NCBI GenBank assembly: GCA_013298895.1
Contig: JAAFJM010000006.1
Span: forward strand, 27,673 to 91,672
Reading direction: 5' to 3'
DNA from: Bacteroidota bacterium
GTDB taxonomy: Bacteria > Bacteroidota > Bacteroidia > UKL13-3
DNA length: 64,000 nucleotides
Part shown: piece by piece, positions 48,816-56,354 of the stretch
Layout of the letters: every line of letters starts with the position of its first letter
Numbering within the stretch: the stretch's first letter is position 1
Notes under the pieces: model-generated
Told to the model about the DNA's origin: nothing
The model's input: the letters and a program-made list of their open reading frames with translations, nothing else
Databases searched by the model: none
Translations under genes and position numbers: made by a program

Positions 48816-51800
48816 ATGAAAAGAATGAAAAGGAATATTATTACAATAATACTTGTTTTATTATGTCAATTTTTATCTGCACAGATAAGTGTCACAATGA
48901 GGCCAGATTCAGTTGCAGGTAAAGACGCTTGGGTTGCTAGCGATTTTTTAAATACAAATTTTAGTAATTATCCAACATTGGGTGCAATCTCTTGGACAAA
49001 AAATAATCAAACTGTAGTATTCAACTCAAGGGGTCTTTTAGAATTTGATTTAAGTACAATACCAAGCTGTGCTGTAATAAATAGCGCAAAGATTAGTCTT
49101 TATTGTAATACAACCTCTGACCACACTCAGTTAAATTCAAGCTTTAGTGGTTCAAATGCAGCTTATTTGCAAAGAATAACTTCCAATTGGAATGAATATT
49201 CTGTTACTTGGAATAATCAACCTTCAACAACAACTTTAAACCAGGTTTCACTTGCCCAAAGTACAAGCTCAACTCAAAACTATGAAAACATAGATGTTAC
49301 CAATTTAATTAAAGACATAAAACAAAACCCCACAACAAGTTTTGGATTAATGTTAAAGCTACAAACAGAGGCTTATTACCGAAGTTTTATTATGTCAACT
49401 TCAGACCATGCTGATAGCACCAAATGGCCTAAGTTAGTAATTGATTATACCAGTCCTCCATTAACAAATAATACAATTAATATTTCTCAAAATACTTTTT
49501 GTGCTGGCATTTTGTACCCTTCAATAACAGGCTCAATTCCAATTGGTGGCGATGGTACATTTTCCTACAATTGGATTGTTTCAACAACAAATGCAAATGA
49601 AGGCTTTTCAAATGCAGGAGGAGTTAATAATTTACAAAACTACACCCCAATTAATCTAAACGTTAATACGTGGTTTAAAAGAATAACTTATTCATGTGGA
49701 TCTATAGATACTTCTGAGGCTATTGCATTAACTATTTTACCAAAACCAATAACTAGTTTTAGCATAAACAATAATGCTCAGTGTTTAGCTGGAAATAATT
49801 TTATATTAACAGATAACACTAGCTTTTCAGGTATTGGAGGATATACTCGCTTGTGGAATTTAGGAAATGGAAGTACAGACACATCTAGCTTGGCCAATTT
49901 AAGCAAGAGTTACAATACCTCAGGAAGTTACACTATTAAACTACTAACAATTGGAAACAATGGTTGTAAAGATTCATTAACACAATCAGTAACAACAGGA
50001 GTTAAACCAATTGCAGGATTTACCATTAATAGCAGCAATCAATGTTTAAATAATAATAACTTTACCTTTACCGATACTTCAATGGTGAATAGTGGTACTT
50101 TAACTCGTGTTTGGAATTTGGGTTCTCTCAATAATACATCAACATTAGTAAGTACAAATAAAACATTTACTCTAGCAGGAAACTATACTATAAAATTAAT
50201 ATCAAACAACCTTGGTTGCAGAGATACTATAACTAAAACTGTTTCAGTGTTTCCAAATGCTAAAATTGGATTTTATAGTAATAATGGAACACAATGTTTA
50301 AATGGAAACAACTTTGTTTTTAATGATACCTCATCAGTTTCAAATGGAACTTTAACACGAAACTGGGATTTTGGTAACAATACTTTCGATAATTCAAGCA
50401 TAGCTTTTGTAAATTATACTACGCCTAATTCTTATCCCGTAAAATTAGTAGTAATAACCAATAATGGCTGCAAAGATTCATTAATTAAAACAGTAAATGT
50501 AATCTCCAATCCAAATGTTGGATTTATGTTAAATAATTCAGAACAATGTATAAATGGTAATAATTTTATTTTTACTGATACCTCAAAAACAACAAATGGT
50601 AATTTATCAAGAACTTGGAACTTTGGAACAGGAGTAAACGACATTTCTTCAAATATTAATCCAAGCAAAACCTATACCAATAGCGGCATTTATCAAGTTA
50701 AATTATTAGTAAACAATAATGGCTGTAAAGATTCTATTACTAAATCAATAACAGTATTTCCCAAGCCAGTAGTTGGTTTTATAATAAATAATACCACGCA
50801 ATGCTTAAAGGGAAATAATTTTATTTTTAATGATACCTCTTCAATTAGTGCTGGAAATTATACCCGAAATTGGAGCTTTGGTAATGGTACTTTTGCCACT
50901 TCAAGTGGAGTAAATACTACCTATGAAAATGCAAACAATTACTCCATTAAATTAGTTATTACAAGTAATAATGGCTGTAAAGATTCATTAAGTAAATTGA
51001 TAATTGTAAATGCTAACCCAATTGCAGGATTTACAATTAATAACAAAAGTCAATGTTTGGTTGGAAACAGTTTTTCATTTATAGATACATCAATAACAAC
51101 AAATGGAAATTTACAGCGCCTTTGGAATTTCGGAAACAATGAAAGTTCTAATTCAATCAATCCTAATAAATCATATACTGAAGCTAATGTTTACAATGTA
51201 AAACTAGTAATTACTGCAAGTAATGGTTGTAAAGACTCGGTAGTAAATACTGTTAGCGTTAACCCTAAACCTACTGTTGGTTTTACCGTTAATAACTATT
51301 CACAATGTTTAAAAGGCAATAATTTTATTTTCAATGATACTTCGGTAATAAGCAACAGGGAAACACTAACAAGTAGTTGGGATTTTGGAGATACTAGTTT
51401 TGCAACTGCCAAAACTTTTAGTAAAAGCTATGGTAATTTGAATAATTATGTTGTTAAATTATTGGTAACAAGTGCTAATAATTGTAAAGATTCATTATCC
51501 AAAATTGTAACACTAAATCCTTCTACAACTGCAATGATTAGTGCTAATGGTAAAACCGATTTTTGTCAAGGTGAAAACGTATTGTTAATTGCTAATTCAG
51601 GCAATGGCTTAAGCTACAATTGGCTTAATAATGGTGTTAAAATAATTAATGAATTAAATTCAACTTTAACTGCTAATACCAATGGAGTGCATAAAGCTGT
51701 TGTTACAAATTCATTTGGATGTAAAGATACTTCAAATCCTTTAAATATAATTGTAAATTCAATTCCAAATATTGGAAATATTAATGGTATAGTTAATGCA

Positions 51801-52265
51801 AATACGAACGATACATTTACTTATTTTGTAACTCCACAATCGGGTTTTGGTTATACTTGGTATGCTATTAATGGAACTATTTTAAACGGACAAGGAAACA
51901 ATTTGGTTAAAGTTAAATGGTCTAATTTAGGTTCAGGAAATTTAAAAGTATTGGTGTCAAATGCTAAACTTTGTTTAGATTCTTCTAAAATAAATGTTTC
52001 AATTTTAAACACAGGAATTAGCGATTTATTGGCAACAAATTTTACAGTTTTTCCCAATCCAACCAAATCAATTTTAACAATTAATAGCAACAATATTTTA
52101 GTAGGTAATAAATTTACCATTACTAATTTAATAGGTCAGGTAATCATTACAGGTAAATTAAACCTTGATGAGACTATTGTAAATACTGAATCTTTAGCTA
52201 TTGGAATGTATTTGCTCAGTATTGAAGGAGTAAATAAACAAGCTATAAAGATTATTAAAGAATAG
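48816..52265 (+). CDS. Secreted surface protein: DNRLRE-like domain, 7 PKD repeats and T9SS type A sorting domain
   Basis: Signal peptide; GKDAWV...RGLLEFDLS.IP...VTWNNQP...PKLVIDY; seven ~85-aa repeats QCLxGNNFxFxDTS...WNFG...GCKDS; CTD FPNPT...GMYLL...KIIKE; start may be 48825. Confidence 0.88.
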   Translation: MKRMKRNIITIILVLLCQFLSAQISVTMRPDSVAGKDAWVASDFLNTNFSNYPTLGAISWTKNNQTVVFNSRGLLEFDLSTIPSCAVINSAKISLYCNTTSDHTQLNSSFSGSNAAYLQRITSNWNEYSVTWNNQPSTTTLNQVSLAQSTSSTQNYENIDVTNLIKDIKQNPTTSFGLMLKLQTEAYYRSFIMSTSDHADSTKWPKLVIDYTSPPLTNNTINISQNTFCAGILYPSITGSIPIGGDGTFSYNWIVSTTNANEGFSNAGGVNNLQNYTPINLNVNTWFKRITYSCGSIDTSEAIALTILPKPITSFSINNNAQCLAGNNFILTDNTSFSGIGGYTRLWNLGNGSTDTSSLANLSKSYNTSGSYTIKLLTIGNNGCKDSLTQSVTTGVKPIAGFTINSSNQCLNNNNFTFTDTSMVNSGTLTRVWNLGSLNNTSTLVSTNKTFTLAGNYTIKLISNNLGCRDTITKTVSVFPNAKIGFYSNNGTQCLNGNNFVFNDTSSVSNGTLTRNWDFGNNTFDNSSIAFVNYTTPNSYPVKLVVITNNGCKDSLIKTVNVISNPNVGFMLNNSEQCINGNNFIFTDTSKTTNGNLSRTWNFGTGVNDISSNINPSKTYTNSGIYQVKLLVNNNGCKDSITKSITVFPKPVVGFIINNTTQCLKGNNFIFNDTSSISAGNYTRNWSFGNGTFATSSGVNTTYENANNYSIKLVITSNNGCKDSLSKLIIVNANPIAGFTINNKSQCLVGNSFSFIDTSITTNGNLQRLWNFGNNESSNSINPNKSYTEANVYNVKLVITASNGCKDSVVNTVSVNPKPTVGFTVNNYSQCLKGNNFIFNDTSVISNRETLTSSWDFGDTSFATAKTFSKSYGNLNNYVVKLLVTSANNCKDSLSKIVTLNPSTTAMISANGKTDFCQGENVLLIANSGNGLSYNWLNNGVKIINELNSTLTANTNGVHKAVVTNSFGCKDTSNPLNIIVNSIPNIGNINGIVNANTNDTFTYFVTPQSGFGYTWYAINGTILNGQGNNLVKVKWSNLGSGNLKVLVSNAKLCLDSSKINVSILNTGISDLLATNFTVFPNPTKSILTINSNNILVGNKFTITNLIGQVIITGKLNLDETIVNTESLAIGMYLLSIEGVNKQAIKIIKE

Positions 52266-52272
52266 CCATTTA

Positions 52273-52317
52273 GTAAATACCAATTTTAAAGCATATTGTT
52301 TTGAAATTGGTATTTAC
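52273..52317. terminator. Hairpin after the PKD protein gene, probable terminator
   Basis: GTAAATACCAATTT...AAATTGGTATTTAC inverted repeat. Confidence 0.6.
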
Positions 52318-52430
52318 AATTTGTTTATTTCGTTAAAGTTTTACTACCAAATTAATTTTCTTACTTTCGCACCTCATTTAAAAAATCAAAATATTGGCAG
52401 CGCTATTATTTTGATTGAATTTACACGATT

Positions 52431-54182
52431 ATGCACAGAACACATACCTGCGGAGAACTTAGAATTACTGATATTAACACCACCGTTACCTTGAGTGGTT
52501 GGTTGCAAAAAAGCCGCGATTTAGGCGGAATGACTTTTATTGATTTACGCGATAGATATGGCATTACGCAATTGGCTTTTAATATGGAAACCAATGCAGC
52601 TATTTGCGAAAAAGCACGCAAATGTGGCCGTGAGTTTGTATTAAAAGTTACTGGTAAAGTAATAGAACGCAGCAGTAAAAACGCCAATATTCCTACTGGC
52701 GAAATTGAAATAGAAGTAACGGAATTTGAAATTTTAAACGAAGCGCAAACTCCTCCGTTTACCATTGAAGATAATACTGATGGTGGTGATGATTTGCGTA
52801 TGAAATATCGTTATTTAGATATTCGCAGAAAACCTGTTCTTGATAATTTATTGTTGCGCCATAAAATGAGTCAACAAACTCGTGTTTATTTAGATGCACA
52901 ACAATTTACCGAGGTTGAAACTCCAGTTTTAATTAAATCAACTCCCGAAGGTGCACGCGATTTTGTGGTGCCAAGCCGCATGAACCAAGGACAGTTTTAC
53001 GCTTTGCCACAATCGCCACAAACTTTTAAACAATTGCTAATGGTAGCTGGTATGGACAGATACTACCAAATAGTAAAATGTTTTAGAGATGAAGATTTGC
53101 GTGCCGACCGTCAACCAGAGTTTACACAAATTGATTGCGAAATGAGCTTTGTGGAACAAGAAGACATTTTAAACATGTTTGAAGGCTTGGTAAAACATTT
53201 GTTTAAAAATGTAAAAGGTGTTGAAATTGATACTTTGCCAAGAATGACCTTTGCCGATGCCGCAAAATATTATGGTTCTGATAAACCTGATACAAGGTTT
53301 GAAATGAAATTTGTGGAGTTAAATGAAATAACCAAAGGTAAAGGTTTCCCTGTTTTTGATAATGCAGAATTGGTTGTAGGAATTTGTGCCAAAGGTTGTG
53401 CTGAATATACCCGCAAACAGTTAGATGAATTAACTGAGTTTGTTAAACGTCCTCAAATTGGCGCAACTGGTTTGGTTTATGCTAGAGTAAATGCTGATGG
53501 TTCGGTAAAATCATCGGTAGATAAATTTTACGATGAAACCACTTTAAAAAAATGGGCCGAAGCTATGAATGCAGTTCCTGGCGATTTGTTATTAATAATG
53601 GCTGGCGCAACAGATAAAACCCGCAAAGCATTGTGCGAATTACGTTTGGAAATGGGAACCCGCATAGGTTTACGTAATCCTGATGTGTATTCATGTTTAT
53701 GGGTAATTGATTTTCCATTGTTAGAGTTTATTGAAGAAGAAGGCCGTTGGTTTGCAATGCATCATCCTTTTACTTCACCAAAACCTGAAGATATAGACCA
53801 TTTAACTAATGGCGATTACGCCAAAGTAAGAGCCAATGCTTACGATATGGTTATAAATGGAGTAGAAGTGGGCGGAGGTTCTATCCGTATTTTCGATAAA
53901 ACACTGCAAGGCAAAATGTTTGAAGTATTAGGTTTTACAAAAGAAGAAGCGCAAACTCAATTTGGATTTTTAATGAATGCTTTTGAATATGGTGCACCAC
54001 CACATGGTGGAATTGCATTTGGTTTCGATAGGTTATGTTCACTTTTTGGAGGCGAAAATTCTATCAGAGATTTTATAGCTTTCCCTAAAAATAACTCAGG
54101 TCGCGATGTAATGATTGATGGCCCAAGCCCAATTGATCAAAAACAATTGAATGAGTTGGGAATTAGTGTTAATAGTTTATAA
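52431..54182 (+). CDS. aspS: Aspartate--tRNA ligase
   Basis: [56 protein letters not shown]. Confidence 0.99.
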   Translation: MHRTHTCGELRITDINTTVTLSGWLQKSRDLGGMTFIDLRDRYGITQLAFNMETNAAICEKARKCGREFVLKVTGKVIERSSKNANIPTGEIEIEVTEFEILNEAQTPPFTIEDNTDGGDDLRMKYRYLDIRRKPVLDNLLLRHKMSQQTRVYLDAQQFTEVETPVLIKSTPEGARDFVVPSRMNQGQFYALPQSPQTFKQLLMVAGMDRYYQIVKCFRDEDLRADRQPEFTQIDCEMSFVEQEDILNMFEGLVKHLFKNVKGVEIDTLPRMTFADAAKYYGSDKPDTRFEMKFVELNEITKGKGFPVFDNAELVVGICAKGCAEYTRKQLDELTEFVKRPQIGATGLVYARVNADGSVKSSVDKFYDETTLKKWAEAMNAVPGDLLLIMAGATDKTRKALCELRLEMGTRIGLRNPDVYSCLWVIDFPLLEFIEEEGRWFAMHHPFTSPKPEDIDHLTNGDYAKVRANAYDMVINGVEVGGGSIRIFDKTLQGKMFEVLGFTKEEAQTQFGFLMNAFEYGAPPHGGIAFGFDRLCSLFGGENSIRDFIAFPKNNSGRDVMIDGPSPIDQKQLNELGISVNSL

Positions 54183-54195
54183 ATAATTGAACATG

Positions 54196-54232
54196 AAAAA
54201 AGCCGAACAAATTGCATTTGTTCGGCTTTTTT
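54196..54232 (+). terminator. Intrinsic terminator after aspS
   Basis: AAAAAAGCCGAACAAAT-TGC-ATTTGTTCGGCTTTTTT. Confidence 0.88.
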
Positions 54233-54350
54233 GTTTACGATTGATTGAAAATAACGTAGGTTTAAGTCTTGTTTTTTATTATTAAATTTTATTATTAATA
54301 TTTTATGCTTAATATTAATAAATTGATATTTAAGTATTTGCAAGTTTTAT

Positions 54351-54398
54351 TTTTGTCAAATACGGAATTGGATTCCGTATTTGACAAATTTTATTATA
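54351..54398. repeat. 48-bp direct repeat, copy 1, containing a palindrome with 17-bp arms
   Basis: TTTGTCAAATACGGAAT-TGG-ATTCCGTATTTGACAAA at 54352-54388, followed by TTTTATTATA. Confidence 0.95.
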
Positions 54399-54408
54399 CA
54401 TTTGTTTT

Positions 54409-55569
54409 ATGATTCAGAGGGTAGCTTCAACTAAAATAAAACAACTGGCTAAGAAATTTCCAGCTATTGGTTTACTTGGTCCTAGGCAATCGGGTAAAAC
54501 TACTTTGGCTAAAGAATTATTCCCTAAAAAGCCATACATTAGTTTCGAAAATCAGGATAATGTAATATTAGCCATGAGCGATCCTCGTGCATTTTTAACT
54601 AAGTATAAAACAGGTGCCATTTTCGATGAAATACAGCGTGTACCTAAATTGCTTTCATACATGCAAGGCGTGATAGACTCACAACCTAATAAAGTGGGTT
54701 TATTTGTAATTACAGGCTCGCAAAATCTATTATTATTAGAAAGTGTTTCCCAAACATTAGCAGGTCGTATTGCATTTATTCATTTATTGCCATTTAGTAT
54801 TGCGGAATTGGCTACCAGCAAATTTTCAACTCAAAGTTTAAATAAGTTGATTTTGAATGGTGGCTATCCACGTTTGTATGATAAAAAAATTAGCCCTCCT
54901 GATTTTTATCCCAACTACTTACTCACTTACGTAGAACGAGATGTAAGGCAAATAAAGAATATTGCCAATTTGAGTTTGTTTCAAAGATTTTTGAAAATTT
55001 GCGCAACCCGTGTTGGGCAAGAAATAAATTACACATCAATAGGCAACGATACTGGAGTTGACCAAAAAACAGTAATGAGTTGGTTTGGAATTTTAGAAGC
55101 TAGTTTTATTGCATTTAGGTTGCAGCCATTTTATAATAATTTAGGCAAACGCATTACCCAAATGCCAAAACTTTATTTTTACGATACAGGTTTATGTTGT
55201 TCATTGCTCGAAATTGACAACGAATCTCACGTAAACACCCATCCACTGCGTGGCTCATTGTTTGAAAACTTAATTATTTTGGAATTACTAAAAAAACGAT
55301 TGAACAACGGACAACGAAGTAATTTGTATTATTGGAGAGAACGTTCAGGGATTGAAATTGATATTTTAATGGAGCAAGCATCGCAAATTGTGCCAGTTGA
55401 AATAAAAACTGCCACTACGTTTAATAGTGATTTTTTGAAGGGAATTAATTATTGGAAAAAGTTAAATCCATCAATCAAAAATTCATATTTGGTTTACACT
55501 GGAAAGGCCTCAGCAATTGATAATACTGATATTCTAAACTGGAAACAAATTATAGATATAAAAAATTAG
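54409..55569 (+). CDS. AAA-family ATPase with DUF4143 region (ATPase, winged helix and PD-(D/E)xK-like C-terminal domain)
   Basis: Walker A GPRQSGKT, Walker B IFDEIQ, ITGS, LAGR, GGYP, PKLYFYDTGL, FEN, YYWR, EIDIL...PVEIK. Confidence 0.92.
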   Translation: MIQRVASTKIKQLAKKFPAIGLLGPRQSGKTTLAKELFPKKPYISFENQDNVILAMSDPRAFLTKYKTGAIFDEIQRVPKLLSYMQGVIDSQPNKVGLFVITGSQNLLLLESVSQTLAGRIAFIHLLPFSIAELATSKFSTQSLNKLILNGGYPRLYDKKISPPDFYPNYLLTYVERDVRQIKNIANLSLFQRFLKICATRVGQEINYTSIGNDTGVDQKTVMSWFGILEASFIAFRLQPFYNNLGKRITQMPKLYFYDTGLCCSLLEIDNESHVNTHPLRGSLFENLIILELLKKRLNNGQRSNLYYWRERSGIEIDILMEQASQIVPVEIKTATTFNSDFLKGINYWKKLNPSIKNSYLVYTGKASAIDNTDILNWKQIIDIKN

Positions 55570-55591
55570 TGTAATTTATTTTTGAATCAAC

Positions 55592-55639
55592 TTTTGTCAA
55601 ATACGGAATCTGATTCCGTATTTGACAAAAATTATTATA
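55592..55639. repeat. 48-bp direct repeat, copy 2, containing a palindrome with 19-bp arms
   Basis: TTTTGTCAAATACGGAATC-T-GATTCCGTATTTGACAAAA at 55592-55630, followed by ATTATTATA; 44/48 identical to copy 1. Confidence 0.95.
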
Positions 55640-55723
55640 AGCGTGAAATTTTGGATTTATAATTTATTTGATGAAATTCTTCAGTTTTAATAAAAATCAA
55701 TTAAAGTTTATTTTATTTACAAC

Positions 55724-56215
55724 ATGAAAAAACTATTCTTTCTTTTAGCCTTTTTCTCTTTTCAGTTTGTAAAAGCACAAACTAGTGATTCCATCTATGT
55801 TCAGGTACAAGTTGCTCCCGAATATCCGGGTGGTGAAAATGCCATGTATGAATTTATTAGTAAAAATGTTACTTATCCAGTCAAAGAAAAAGAAAATGGT
55901 ATTACTGGGAGAGTCGCTGTTAGATTTGCGGTAATGCAAGATGGGAGCATTAACAATATTGAAATTCTAACTAAAACTCCAGAAGGCTTTAATCAGGAAG
56001 TTATTAGAGTTGTTAAATTAATGCCCAAATGGAAGCCAGGTATTCAAGATGGAAGAGCAGTTCCTGTATACTTCACTTTGCCAGTTTCTTTTCAGTTAGA
56101 CGATAATACCAAACCCATTAAACCTAAATCGCGAGACAAGGCAAATGTTGTTGGCTTCTTTGGAATTGCCTTCGGAATTGTTATTGGAATATTAATTTAC
56201 AAACTTGTTAGGTAA
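55724..56215 (+). CDS. TonB C-terminal domain protein
   Basis: PEYPGG...YP...GITGRV.V.F.V..DG...EVIRVV..MPKWKPG.QDG..V.V.FTLPVSF. Confidence 0.88.
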   Translation: MKKLFFLLAFFSFQFVKAQTSDSIYVQVQVAPEYPGGENAMYEFISKNVTYPVKEKENGITGRVAVRFAVMQDGSINNIEILTKTPEGFNQEVIRVVKLMPKWKPGIQDGRAVPVYFTLPVSFQLDDNTKPIKPKSRDKANVVGFFGIAFGIVIGILIYKLVR

Positions 56216-56354
56216 TTCATTTTAACAAATTATTCTCATTTCTTTTCCACACGCTTTATAGTTTGCGGGCAATAATTATCTTTGCCCAATTTTAAGCAGT
56301 TCCATTTTAGAACCTCGCTTTAGATTGCTCCATTCAATCAACAAATTATAAAAA

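Noticed and set aside
49740-51520. PKD repeats as a diversity-generating retroelement template/variable pair
   Set aside because: Repeats are diverged at all base types as in-frame domain duplications, and no reverse transcriptase is present.
55592-55630. Downstream palindrome as a simple terminator of the ATPase gene
   Set aside because: There is no U tract after it on either strand, the centre is 1 nt, and a near-identical copy lies upstream in the promoter.
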